A stretch of DNA of 64,000 nucleotides, from positions 1-64,000 of the IMG/VR virus record IMGVR_UViG_3300009768_000006. One strand, given 5' to 3'. The notes below the pieces were generated by a model. That model had not been told where the DNA came from, made no database searches, and worked only from the letters and a program-made list of their open reading frames with translations. Source of the DNA: a virus (taxonomy: Duplodnaviria > Caudoviricetes). Each line of letters begins with the position of its first letter. Positions within the stretch are counted from its first letter, which is position 1. The translations under genes and the position numbers were made by a program. Shown piece by piece: positions 48,083-58,078 of the stretch.

Positions 48083-48784
48083 ATGTATGAAAATCTTAGT
48101 AAGCTTTTATCCTCACCTCTTATGAATCTAGATCATGTCTATAGATATAGTGGTATTAAACAACAAGAGATGGAATCTATAGCTATCCATACTTTTGAAG
48201 TTCAAATGCTAGGTACTATGATTATAGATACTCTCCAGAATTATCATAATGAGAAAGACCTAGATATTAATAAATTTCTTAATCTAGCTTTTCATCATGA
48301 TTTAGAAGAAGCTATTACAGGTGATATACCTAGACCTCTTAAGTATCATGATAGTAATATTCATGAATCTTTAAATTCTATAGCTGAGCTAGTAGCTAAG
48401 GATCTATTCAGAAATAACTTCTTGGATTGTTCTTCTCATTATAAATCTTGGTCAGATGCTAAATCAGGTAAAGAAGGTCTTATTGTAAAATTAGCTGATA
48501 CTCTTACAGTAGTATCTAAGACTATAAAAGAAATAGAGTTACTAGGTAATAAGTATTTTCTTAAAGTAGCTCTAGAAGTAAGATATTACTTAAATGAATT
48601 GGCTAAGAATATAGCTTGTACTGAATTAGACTTCAATTATCATAGCAAAATGTATATGAATGATCTACTTTTAGAAGCTTCTAATCATCTAGGAAATATA
48701 CTTTCTAAATATAGTGAGATAATTGATACGTGTATAACTATTGATAATACTATGATAAATAATAATAAAGGAGAATGTGAATGA
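48083..48784 (+). CDS. HD-domain phosphohydrolase (YfbR-like 5'-deoxynucleotidase)
   Basis: RY...ES.A.H, HHDL.EA.TGDIP.P.K and VKLAD. Confidence 0.88.
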   Translation: MYENLSKLLSSPLMNLDHVYRYSGIKQQEMESIAIHTFEVQMLGTMIIDTLQNYHNEKDLDINKFLNLAFHHDLEEAITGDIPRPLKYHDSNIHESLNSIAELVAKDLFRNNFLDCSSHYKSWSDAKSGKEGLIVKLADTLTVVSKTIKEIELLGNKYFLKVALEVRYYLNELAKNIACTELDFNYHSKMYMNDLLLEASNHLGNILSKYSEIIDTCITIDNTMINNNKGECE

Positions 48785-49539
48785 CCAACATAACTATCTT
48801 TGAGCCTCATGGTGATGATGCTCTTATATCTTGCTATAAATTATTAAGATCGGAGGATAATAATAAGCACATAATCACTTTCTCTGACAGATCTTCTAAT
48901 AAACTAGAGGATAGACCAGAATTACCTAATGTTACTACTCAATTCCTAAATATCCCTGATGTACATTATGACAATCGTATCAAGTATAATACCTATGAAT
49001 TGAAAAGATTGCTAAGCTCTAATGTAGACATCTACAGTTCCTATATAAATGACTCAGATAAATTCTATAGTAAAGATATAGGAATAGACTTCGTAGATAA
49101 TTATAGTAGGCATAAAGCTGCTATAATGGAGAAACTGGATAATACTGATGTAATTTTACTACCTTTCGGATTATTCCATCCTAACCATTTCATGACCAGA
49201 GATGTATTGGAAAGATTAATCTACTCTATGGATCTACAAGATAAACTTCTATACTACATAGACAAACCTTACATAGAGAAGAAATATGTACAATACATGT
49301 TGACTTCAGCTATGAATAATATGCATTATACGTCTAATACAGTATTAGACTATGATAAAGAAGATCCTGAAATCAAACTAGACATATTCAGAGAATGCTA
49401 TCCTACTGAACAAGGATTGCTTAGATACTCTAGAAATACAGTATTGAATAGTCCTGATATGATAGTAAGCACAATCATCAACAATACTAAAGTAAGAGTA
49501 TTCTTAGATACACTTATGATAGAAGGAGTAAGATTGTAA
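48781..49539 (+). CDS. PIG-L/LmbE-family de-N-acetylase
   Basis: FEPHGDDA (PHxDD) and HPNH (HxxH) metal-binding motifs; D.PY. Confidence 0.8.
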   Translation: MTNITIFEPHGDDALISCYKLLRSEDNNKHIITFSDRSSNKLEDRPELPNVTTQFLNIPDVHYDNRIKYNTYELKRLLSSNVDIYSSYINDSDKFYSKDIGIDFVDNYSRHKAAIMEKLDNTDVILLPFGLFHPNHFMTRDVLERLIYSMDLQDKLLYYIDKPYIEKKYVQYMLTSAMNNMHYTSNTVLDYDKEDPEIKLDIFRECYPTEQGLLRYSRNTVLNSPDMIVSTIINNTKVRVFLDTLMIEGVRL

Positions 49540-49540
49540 C

Positions 49541-50683
49541 ATGAAAGTATTATACTTTTGCTACTTGAAAAGTGATCCTAAGCTATGGCCTACTCTAGGA
49601 GATATGAGAATGGCTGTAGAAATGAGTAGAGCTCTAGGAAATAACTATGGCATAATCCTAGCAGGAGATTTTAGATCCTTTACTGCAGATGAAGCCTATG
49701 AGTTGTGTAGTTCATACAATGCTATAGATTATCTGGACCTAGGTGAGTATTGTGACAGTGCTAGGTACATTAGTAATTCCGCTAAATCTCTCAAGAATAT
49801 CATAGATAACTATGATCTTATCCATGTTCATACATCTAAGTTAGGTGTCATGAGTACTATAAGAAGATTATATCCTAATATTCCAATGGTTGTATCTTAT
49901 CATAGTCCTCCTGAGACATCAGAAGTAGGTCATTTCTATAAAGATGATCTACTGAAATTCCTCAATCAGTCTGATTTCAGATTCGTATGTAACAGTAAGT
50001 CTCATAAACAACGTATGATAAATACTCTAAATGTACCAGTGCATACTGTAACTAGCTTAACCTATGCCTATAATGCAATTACTGATATATATAATGTAGA
50101 TAATACTACTAAAATATATAATACTGGTACTATAGGTAGAATAACCTCTGTGAAACGGATGCTTGATTTGGTGAAGTATTTTAAGTATCTGTATGAGAGG
50201 ACAGGTGTGCAGTCTTATTATGTAGGAGATATAGGTCCTTATGAAAAGTCTCCTGATGCTATCAAGTACTATGAAGACTGTAAATATTATCTAGAATCTC
50301 CTGCTATAGACTGGATAAAATTTGCTACTCCTATTGAAATAGGACATATAGTGAAACAAGCTTATACATATACTACATTCAGTCAAGTAGAAACGTTTGG
50401 ATTGACTCTACTAGAAGCTGGATTATCAGGTATACCTAGTGTAGTATTTGATGTAGCAGGACACGGTGAGATTATAGATACAGGATGCAATGGGTATAAA
50501 TTGAGTATCCCAGACAAGAAACGTTATAAAATATCAGATCTTCATGGAGATTTCTATCAACTTGATACTATGGCTAGGGAACTTGATCCAGTTAAAGTAA
50601 GAGAGTATACTAAGAATAAATTCAATATGGATAAACTCTATAAAGACTTCGATAGGATATACAAGGAGGTATTAAATGGATAA
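49541..50683 (+). CDS. GT-B glycosyltransferase, family 4
   Basis: DLIHVH, GRI...KR and SQVETFGLTLLEAGLSGIP...EII..G.NG (EX7E motif). Confidence 0.92.
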   Translation: MKVLYFCYLKSDPKLWPTLGDMRMAVEMSRALGNNYGIILAGDFRSFTADEAYELCSSYNAIDYLDLGEYCDSARYISNSAKSLKNIIDNYDLIHVHTSKLGVMSTIRRLYPNIPMVVSYHSPPETSEVGHFYKDDLLKFLNQSDFRFVCNSKSHKQRMINTLNVPVHTVTSLTYAYNAITDIYNVDNTTKIYNTGTIGRITSVKRMLDLVKYFKYLYERTGVQSYYVGDIGPYEKSPDAIKYYEDCKYYLESPAIDWIKFATPIEIGHIVKQAYTYTTFSQVETFGLTLLEAGLSGIPSVVFDVAGHGEIIDTGCNGYKLSIPDKKRYKISDLHGDFYQLDTMARELDPVKVREYTKNKFNMDKLYKDFDRIYKEVLNG

Positions 50684-51365
50684 TTTAGTGCAACGAGACT
50701 ACAATGAGCATCTCAGGATTAACTCTGAGAAATCTAATGTCATGGATGATAAGTATAAACTCTCTGACGATCCGTGGGGTAATGGTGCTAGAGACTTATA
50801 CACAATACCTATGAGTAGAGTGGTTAGTCTCGTGAAGAATCATATAAGCTATCAAGATAGCAAGAATAATATCACCTGGTTAGATATAGGATGTGGTGGT
50901 GGATTTGTAGGTAGAGCTATTCGAAAGGCTCTCGTAGAAAATAATATGAATATCTGTATGGAAGGCTACGATATTTCTGATACAGCTATAAATAGGCTTT
51001 ATGATAATCCTTCTCATAATCCCTATGATATATTATCAGTAGTTGATATGGAAGAAGTGACTGATGGTAGTTGCTATAAGCATGCGACCATAGTATCATT
51101 AGTAGAAGTGCTCTATTACTTAGGTACTAAGAGACCTTGGAAGAAGTCTGTAGATATGCTATGGGATTCATTACCTATAGGAGCTATAGTGGTAGTAGCA
51201 GATGGTCTTATCCCTTATCAATATAGAGATTATCTGAAAACTAAAGCAGATGCTTCTCTATTACACAGCTATACAGATCCTGATACAGTAGTGAGTGAGG
51301 AAACTACATCAGCTGGTAAAAAGTGGAAACGTAATCTAAAAGTACGTATCTATCAAAAGGGCTAA
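50676..51365 (+). CDS. Class I SAM-dependent methyltransferase, NodS-like
   Basis: DDPW near the N-terminus, WLDIGCGGG, GYDIS..A and EVLYYL. Confidence 0.8.
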   Translation: MDNLVQRDYNEHLRINSEKSNVMDDKYKLSDDPWGNGARDLYTIPMSRVVSLVKNHISYQDSKNNITWLDIGCGGGFVGRAIRKALVENNMNICMEGYDISDTAINRLYDNPSHNPYDILSVVDMEEVTDGSCYKHATIVSLVEVLYYLGTKRPWKKSVDMLWDSLPIGAIVVVADGLIPYQYRDYLKTKADASLLHSYTDPDTVVSEETTSAGKKWKRNLKVRIYQKG

Positions 51366-51384
51366 CTCATAGCATCTGAACGTT
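51362..51384 (+). promoter_or_regulatory. Phage promoter motif copy 3
   Basis: CTAACT-N11-AACGTT. Confidence 0.8.
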
Positions 51385-51390
51385 TATATA

Positions 51391-51535
51391 GTTGTAAGTG
51401 GTCGCTCAAGTAAGTCAAATGATCCGATGAAAGTGGACAATCTGGACGAGTTGAGAAAGGGTGAGTTCCGATGCAGTAGGTAGTATTATAAAATGCTTTA
51501 TAGATAAAATGAGGACGCTCTTTCGCCCTCAACCA
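51391..51535 (+). ncRNA. Candidate structured small RNA of unknown family
   Basis: Bounded by promoter copy 3 and a terminator; no credible ORF; several complementary segments. Confidence 0.5.
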
Positions 51536-51569
51536 ATAAGCCTCCTACAAGTTAGAGGAGGCTTATTTT
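51535..51569 (+). terminator. Rho-independent terminator
   Basis: AATAAGCCTCCT-ACAAGTTAG-AGGAGGCTTATT-TT. Confidence 0.88.
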
Positions 51570-51580
51570 ATAATAATTGC

Positions 51581-51603
51581 CTAACTTAATAGAGTACAAC
51601 GTC
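51581..51603 (+). promoter_or_regulatory. Phage promoter motif copy 4
   Basis: CTAACT-N11-AACGTC. Confidence 0.8.
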
Positions 51604-51635
51604 TTTATAGTTGCTTACAAAGGAGGTTCAAAATT

Positions 51636-51965
51636 ATGAACAAAAAGTGCTTGGCAAGTCCCGTCTTGGTGGATGCAGTACTGATCAAAGACATTGTAGA
51701 TGCAGCTAAAATCGACGAGTATGAGTCTATGCCTGTGTGGGTTCGTAGAGCATTGGACGACGGTAGGCTGGTTATTAACGCTAAAGGAGTCGCTGTTGAA
51801 AGATATCAAGGAGAAATCTTGTATGGTAAGATGAGCGACTACTTGGTAAAAGGCTTGAACAATGACATTATCACTGTGAAAAGTACCATGTTCAGTGTCT
51901 ATTACAGTGTGGTGGATTACAAATCTCTCAACAAACAATTTCGAGAAGAGTCAGGTGTGATCTAA
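51636..51965 (+). CDS. Hypothetical phage protein
   Basis: Strong RBS AAGGAGGT; V.VDA...P.W...DYLVKG pattern common in small phage proteins. Confidence 0.75.
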   Translation: MNKKCLASPVLVDAVLIKDIVDAAKIDEYESMPVWVRRALDDGRLVINAKGVAVERYQGEILYGKMSDYLVKGLNNDIITVKSTMFSVYYSVVDYKSLNKQFREESGVI

Positions 51966-51966
51966 G

Positions 51967-53754
51967 TTGACTAATTATGACGATAAGTCTATCAGAGTCT
52001 TAGGGGACATAGAGCATGTAAGACTTCGCCCAACTATGTATATAAACACGGATAGGCCTAGTTTCCAGATGTTCGATGAAATATTCTCTAACGCTCTTGA
52101 TGAAGCTATAAATGGCTATGCTACGGAATTATCTGTAGAAATAGACTATAAACAATCGAAGATAACTGTTACAGATAACGGTAGAGGCTTGCCACAAGGA
52201 ATCAATGAAGAGACAGGTAAGCCTACTATCGTTATAATCTATAGCAAGCTCAATTCAGGAGGTAAGTATAACCAAGATAGCTATGGTATATCTGGAGGAT
52301 TAAATGGAGTAGGATCTTGCGTAGTGAATGCTCTATCAAAACGTCTAGATGTAGTAACATGGAGAGATAAAATAGCTAAACATGCATCATTCAGTGAAGG
52401 TATCTTGACAGTATATGAGTCTATAGGAAATTACAAGTCCAAATCCAAATCTGGTACTATCGTATCATATTTTATAGATACTGATCACAAAATATTCACT
52501 AGTGATAGTCTTAGTACATATGAGCAAGACATATTAAACAAATTTAGGTTGGTTAAGACTTTAAGACCTGATATTAACTTAGTTTATAATGGGTCTGCTG
52601 TAGATCCTGTAGAATTAGATAAGTTCCTAGTATTCACTAAATCTACACTTTTAGATAATTCTATCATATACAATTCTAAAGACATTAAGTTAGCTATCAA
52701 CTGGAGCATAGATACTAATGTATTGCATCAGCAAACTTACTGTAATTTCATCCACAATATATTAGGCGGAGATAATGAAAAAGGATTAGAAGATGCTCTT
52801 GTAGAGTATTTTAATAATCGTGATATATTATTAGGATTACGTCTAGTAATTTCTACTATGTATCCTAATGTAGAATATGATTCTCAAGCGAAGCTAAAAG
52901 CTGTATCTAAAGACATGAGATTGTATGTAAAGGATAAAGTCCTAGCATATCTTAAGAATTATTTTAAATCAAATCCTGATGATAAAGAGAAGATAATTCA
53001 ACTCATCAATACTAAACGAGTTGATATGAATAAAAGGAACAATAAGAGCAATGTTCGCAGGGATAGGAAAACAGCCTATTTGAATGCTCTAGGAGTAAAT
53101 GGTTTTGCTGATTGTACAACGAAGTGTAGGGATGATGCTGAGCTTTACATATGTGAAGGTGAGTCAGCTGCGGGGTCTTTGAAGCAAGCTAGGGACGTCT
53201 TAACTCAGGCAATCATGCCCTTGAGAGGGAAGTTCATTAATGCTTACACTGCTGATGTCTCCTCATTATTGAAGAATGCGGAAGTAGCTACACTATTATC
53301 CAGTATTAATACAGGAATATATGAAGAAGCTAATATAGTAAAGTCTAGATATGGTAAGATAATAATAACTACAGACGCAGATGAAGATGGTAAGAATATT
53401 GCTTGTCTGCTTATAGCATTCTTCGCTAATACCATACCAGATTTACTGAGGAATGGTCTAATATACTTAGCATTGCCTCCACTATACGGTACTAATATTA
53501 AGAATACATTTATCCCTATATATACTGAATTAGAGAAGGATAGATATTTAGCCCAAGGTGCATATGTACAACGTTATAAAGGTTTGGGTGAAATGTCCGT
53601 CCCTCAGATAAGTCTCTCCTGCATGAATAAGGAGACTAGAAAAATACTGCAATTAGTATCTACTGACGCATGTATGAAAGTGGTGGCTGATATTATGGGT
53701 AGTAATTCAGATTACAGAAGAGATCTTCTTAAGAAAGTAGGTGTACTGCTATGA
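51967..53754 (+). CDS. Type IIA DNA topoisomerase, B subunit (GyrB/ParE-like)
   Basis: HVRLRPTMYI, EIFSNALDE, DNGRGLP, GLNGVG..VVNALS, EGESA, PLRGK, DADEDG and RYKGLGEM. Confidence 0.95.
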   Translation: MTNYDDKSIRVLGDIEHVRLRPTMYINTDRPSFQMFDEIFSNALDEAINGYATELSVEIDYKQSKITVTDNGRGLPQGINEETGKPTIVIIYSKLNSGGKYNQDSYGISGGLNGVGSCVVNALSKRLDVVTWRDKIAKHASFSEGILTVYESIGNYKSKSKSGTIVSYFIDTDHKIFTSDSLSTYEQDILNKFRLVKTLRPDINLVYNGSAVDPVELDKFLVFTKSTLLDNSIIYNSKDIKLAINWSIDTNVLHQQTYCNFIHNILGGDNEKGLEDALVEYFNNRDILLGLRLVISTMYPNVEYDSQAKLKAVSKDMRLYVKDKVLAYLKNYFKSNPDDKEKIIQLINTKRVDMNKRNNKSNVRRDRKTAYLNALGVNGFADCTTKCRDDAELYICEGESAAGSLKQARDVLTQAIMPLRGKFINAYTADVSSLLKNAEVATLLSSINTGIYEEANIVKSRYGKIIITTDADEDGKNIACLLIAFFANTIPDLLRNGLIYLALPPLYGTNIKNTFIPIYTELEKDRYLAQGAYVQRYKGLGEMSVPQISLSCMNKETRKILQLVSTDACMKVVADIMGSNSDYRRDLLKKVGVLL

Positions 53755-53811
53755 TAGTGATGTTATTGCTCCTGTTATTAGCGATAATTACCTGCATAGT
53801 GGAGAGTCATT

Positions 53812-55632
53812 ATGAATAAGTCTAACTTAGTAGGAGATATAGTTACAGATTATACTGCTAGTTACGCTAAATACGTAGCTACATCTAGAGCTATTCCCTC
53901 TCTTATGGATGGCTTGAAGCCTGTAGCTAGAAGATGCATTAATAGTGCAGATGATTTGAAGATATATCATGACAAGAAATTTCTTAAAGTAGCTAAATTA
54001 GAAGGACAAGTAATGGGTGACTATCATCCTCATGGAGGAGCATCCATGGTGCAGTTAGCTCAACCATTCAAGACTAGATATCCATTGTTCGATGGACAAG
54101 GTAATTTTGGCTGTGCTGATCTACCAAATTCAGTAGCAGCTTCTAGATACATAGAGACGAAGCTGTCTAAATTCTGCGAGGATTTCTATCTTAAAGATGC
54201 TGAATTCGCAGATATCGATGATAATTATGACGGTAGATTGAAGGAGAAAGTACTATACTATCCAGATTTACCTGGAGTGATGTTCACAGGAGCATCTGGT
54301 ATAGCTGTAGGATTATCAACTAGTATCCCTATTCATACGATTACTGATGTAGCTAACTCATTGCTACTATATATAAAGAATAATTATAACAATACTGACA
54401 GTAATGAAGAGTACATTTCAGTACTTATGCCTGAGACTTGTGAGAAATCTATAATAGCTACAGACAAAGTAGAAATAGCCTCTATGTATAAAAATGGAGA
54501 AGGATCTATAGTTTATAAAGCAGCTACTCATAGAGAGACTATAGATGGAGTTCCTGCATTGGTAGTAGATGCATTTCCTCCAGATTACTCTAAGAAGCGT
54601 CTTGATAATAGCATTATCCTTGATGCTGTAGAGAATAATATGCTTACATTACTTAATGAATCCTCTGTGAATGTAAGATATGTTTTCATATCTTCTGATA
54701 GTAATCTTCTGGATACTATAGAGAATAAGCTAGACACTAGAATTAGCTATAGGTTCTACATAGAACATAGAGGAGTAATCAAAAAGTATAAATTAGCTGA
54801 GATCTATGACACATTTATAGTAGAAAAACTAGGGTTCATAGATAGAAAGTATAAAGTACTGCTAGCTAAAGTAGAAAATCAATTAAAATATTATGAAGCT
54901 CTATTAAAATTTAGAAGTGGTAATTACGCTAAGAAGGTAATTAGTATGGATGAGCAGGATGCTATATCTTATCTTAGTACTGAACTGAGAATAGATAAAA
55001 CTGTGGCTTCTAGTATTTTAAGCTCTACTATAAGAGAATTGCTATCCTCTAATCTGGATAATATAAACAGAAAATTATCAGATCTCAGAGATAAGAAACT
55101 TAATTATGAATCATTCATCGCTAATCCTCTGAATAAGCTGATCAATGACATAGAAGTACTTAAGAGTAATTATTTAGGAGAAGTCCGTAATGCTGTGCAT
55201 ATCTCAGACATAATAGATAAGGTAGACATAGATACTCAGCTAGGACATATGAGTATCAATAAAACATCTAGATATCTGGTAGCTACGAAAGATAATAATA
55301 TTATCTGTGTCTATGGTAGTGATTTAGTTTCAGATGCGGCAGTATCTACTAAATTAGTAATATCTGCAGAATACAATTATTATTTGCTAGTAGCTCCTAA
55401 GGGATTCATAGTTATGAGACTTGAAGATATTATCTCCAAGGGTAGTAAACTAAATTCTGGTGTATTAGCTAATATATTAGGATTCAATAATCTCAAGAAT
55501 AGCATAGTGTACATGACCAGTGATAGTAGAAGGAAGTACAGCATAGCATTAGATGATACATTCTTACGTACTAGATTGTCTATAATATATCCTGATAGGG
55601 TAGTGACAGGCGCCTCCTTCTCATTTGCCTAA
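53812..55632 (+). CDS. Type IIA DNA topoisomerase, A subunit (GyrA/ParC-like)
   Basis: RAIP..DGLKPV.RR, YHPHG, GQGNFG, AASRY (catalytic Tyr) and GIAVG.ST.IP.H. Confidence 0.95.
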   Translation: MNKSNLVGDIVTDYTASYAKYVATSRAIPSLMDGLKPVARRCINSADDLKIYHDKKFLKVAKLEGQVMGDYHPHGGASMVQLAQPFKTRYPLFDGQGNFGCADLPNSVAASRYIETKLSKFCEDFYLKDAEFADIDDNYDGRLKEKVLYYPDLPGVMFTGASGIAVGLSTSIPIHTITDVANSLLLYIKNNYNNTDSNEEYISVLMPETCEKSIIATDKVEIASMYKNGEGSIVYKAATHRETIDGVPALVVDAFPPDYSKKRLDNSIILDAVENNMLTLLNESSVNVRYVFISSDSNLLDTIENKLDTRISYRFYIEHRGVIKKYKLAEIYDTFIVEKLGFIDRKYKVLLAKVENQLKYYEALLKFRSGNYAKKVISMDEQDAISYLSTELRIDKTVASSILSSTIRELLSSNLDNINRKLSDLRDKKLNYESFIANPLNKLINDIEVLKSNYLGEVRNAVHISDIIDKVDIDTQLGHMSINKTSRYLVATKDNNIICVYGSDLVSDAAVSTKLVISAEYNYYLLVAPKGFIVMRLEDIISKGSKLNSGVLANILGFNNLKNSIVYMTSDSRRKYSIALDDTFLRTRLSIIYPDRVVTGASFSFA

Positions 55633-55651
55633 CTCTTGAGGATTGAACGTT
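55629..55651 (+). promoter_or_regulatory. Phage promoter motif copy 5
   Basis: CTAACT-N11-AACGTT. Confidence 0.8.
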
Positions 55652-55672
55652 GTTTATGTTGAGGTGAGGAAA

Positions 55673-56515
55673 ATGTGCAAAGTATATTTAGCTTCTGGTT
55701 GGTTCGACGAAATTTCTATGAGAGACATCAATGTACTAGAAGATACATTGTTATCACTTCCTGTCGATGCTTACCTGCCTAGGATTCATGGGAAGCTACT
55801 GAATGCAGGAGAGAAGAATGATGCTTCAGTCCGCAAGTCTATATATGAAGAGAACATGAAACATATAGACGAAGCAGATATAGTAGTAGCCAATGTTAAT
55901 TCTGCTGTGAAGTATTATGATCAAGGAACTATGTATGAGCTAGGATACGCATTAGCTGAGAACAAGCACGTAATCTGCGTGAATCTCAATAAGAATCCAC
56001 CTAAGTACGAGTCTATACACGTAAATACTGTATATAGCCTGCATGAGTTAAAGCAGGCTATCAGACGATATATTGAAAGAATTGACTATGATCGTAAAGG
56101 TACGATCTATTACATCAGCGATTCTTCTCTATATGAAGAACCAGATTATTTCGATAATATGTCTATACTTAAGTTGTTAGATTATTATGAGATTGTATGC
56201 CTGGATGAGAATATTAAATATGCTCAGTCAACTATAGCGAAGCTGAAACGGTTCACTAATAAAGATTTACTGTTCGCTGTGATAGATAATAGGCATCCTG
56301 TAGTATCAATGGCTATAGGAGCAGCAAAGTCTGTAGGGTTGCCTGTAGTAACTTATACTAATCATGATTATGGAGTAAATGTCATGCTCCTCGAGTCCAT
56401 TCACTCTCATATAAAAGGATCTGAAGAATTGGTGAAGTTCGTAGAAGCATTGAAATCAGAAGGAGGTATCAATAGTCTTGATAGGAGTGATACGAAGAAT
56501 ATTCGTACTTATTAA
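55673..56515 (+). CDS. Nucleoside 2-deoxyribosyltransferase-fold N-glycosidase, apparently two tandem domains
   Basis: VYLASGWF, I...N..HI..AD.VVA and D.GT.YELGYA.A; second degenerate copy (IG.A...G.PVV...N.ML). ATG 55673 follows GAGGTGAGG, and the track's TTG start lies inside the promoter motif. Confidence 0.82.
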   Translation: MCKVYLASGWFDEISMRDINVLEDTLLSLPVDAYLPRIHGKLLNAGEKNDASVRKSIYEENMKHIDEADIVVANVNSAVKYYDQGTMYELGYALAENKHVICVNLNKNPPKYESIHVNTVYSLHELKQAIRRYIERIDYDRKGTIYYISDSSLYEEPDYFDNMSILKLLDYYEIVCLDENIKYAQSTIAKLKRFTNKDLLFAVIDNRHPVVSMAIGAAKSVGLPVVTYTNHDYGVNVMLLESIHSHIKGSEELVKFVEALKSEGGINSLDRSDTKNIRTY

Positions 56516-56526
56516 GACATAATGTT

Positions 56527-58050
56527 ATGAAGCTATATCAGAAAGCAGAATATCCTTACAGGATATATTTAGGAGGAGAGGATGCAGAATTATATACAGT
56601 AGTATCTAATATAACTAGTAAATATTCTAAAGAAACTCAGGATAGTGATGAGTTATCTACGATAATACTTTTGGATAAAGATAATGATCCTTATACTTAT
56701 ATAGGATTATATAGTATCTTGAAAGCAGAGATACTCACAATGGGTTTCTCAGTAACTATAGATCTAGACTTACCTTCTTCGTTCAGTACTAAGTTAGCTA
56801 ATATTGATAATAATTATCTCGATGGTATTACTTTACGAGACTATCAAATAGAAGCTATAAAGACTTGCTTAGATATCAAACGAGGGCTTGTCCAATCTCC
56901 TACGGGGAGTGGTAAGTCTGAAATGATAGCAGGTGTGTGTAAGTACTTGCTTTTGAATAAACAAGGTAATATACTTATATGTGTGCCTACTACGAATCTT
57001 CTATATCAGACAGTAGATAGATTAGAGCTACGTGGTATAGATAAGGATGATATATCAGCATTTGGCGATGGTAATACAATAGACTTCAATAGAAGAGTAC
57101 TGGTAGCTACAGTAGCTTCTGTATACAATAGTATTGTGAAGGAATCTATTACTCACAATGATTGGTACAAGAATGTGCTATGCACTATAATGGATGAAGC
57201 ACATCATAGTCACTGTAGAACTTGGAGTACTATCATAGATAGTATAGCTCCTGAATATATATTAGGATTTTCTGCAGAACCATTCAATCGTACAGAGGAT
57301 TATTTAGTCACTGATCTGATACTTAGAGGAATAGTAGGATCTATTATATACTCTGTATCTATCGATAAGCTAGTAAAAGCAGGATATTTATCGAAGCCTT
57401 ATGTTATAGCTCTAGATACTACTTATAATGGAAACATTATGAATATCATAGATTGGCAAGTAGTTAACAAGCTAGGAATAATTACAAATAAAAGTAGAAA
57501 TGAATCTATCGTAACTATAGCTAATTATCTAGTAAGCATAAATAAGAATCCTATAATATTAGTAGCACAGATAGCTCATGGTGAAACTATAGCTAAGATG
57601 ATATCTAGCTATGGATATAAAGTAGCATTTATTACAGGAGGTCTTAATACTACTATATATTTGGATGGTAGAGATATAGACAATTACAAAGATAAAGATG
57701 GTATAGTCAAAACTTTGTTCATGGAAAATGCTATAGATGTATTAATAGGTACTTCTACTATGGATGAAGGTGTAGATTTACCATCGCTAAGTTCTGTGAT
57801 ATTAGCAGGAGGTAGTAAGAGTAAACTACGCATAATCCAAAGAATAGGTAGAGGATTAAGACCTAAGAAAGATGATAATACTACAGTGATTATAGACTTC
57901 AGAGATAGATTCAATGTAGTGTTAGCTAAGCATCATAGATTACGTAAAGAAATGTTTGATTCACTTAATATCCCTGTCTATTATGGTAAAACTATAGAGA
58001 ATATAGCAGAAATAATAAAGAATTTCAGCGAGGCCAACTCTCATACCTAG
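56527..58050 (+). CDS. SF2 DEAH helicase (UvsW-like)
   Basis: LRDYQ, PTGSGKS, DEAHH, EGVDLP and QRIGRGLR. Confidence 0.93.
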   Translation: MKLYQKAEYPYRIYLGGEDAELYTVVSNITSKYSKETQDSDELSTIILLDKDNDPYTYIGLYSILKAEILTMGFSVTIDLDLPSSFSTKLANIDNNYLDGITLRDYQIEAIKTCLDIKRGLVQSPTGSGKSEMIAGVCKYLLLNKQGNILICVPTTNLLYQTVDRLELRGIDKDDISAFGDGNTIDFNRRVLVATVASVYNSIVKESITHNDWYKNVLCTIMDEAHHSHCRTWSTIIDSIAPEYILGFSAEPFNRTEDYLVTDLILRGIVGSIIYSVSIDKLVKAGYLSKPYVIALDTTYNGNIMNIIDWQVVNKLGIITNKSRNESIVTIANYLVSINKNPIILVAQIAHGETIAKMISSYGYKVAFITGGLNTTIYLDGRDIDNYKDKDGIVKTLFMENAIDVLIGTSTMDEGVDLPSLSSVILAGGSKSKLRIIQRIGRGLRPKKDDNTTVIIDFRDRFNVVLAKHHRLRKEMFDSLNIPVYYGKTIENIAEIIKNFSEANSHT

Positions 58051-58056
58051 AACGTT
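58034..58056 (+). promoter_or_regulatory. Phage promoter motif copy 6
   Basis: CCAACT-N11-AACGTT. Confidence 0.8.
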
Positions 58057-58078
58057 CTAATAGTTAGAGGTAGAAATT

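Noticed and set aside
51391-51535. Hammerhead ribozyme, c-di-GMP-I riboswitch or tmRNA
   Set aside because: Only superficial words match (CCGATGA, GAAA hairpin, terminal CCA); the required cores and the tRNA-like domain are absent.
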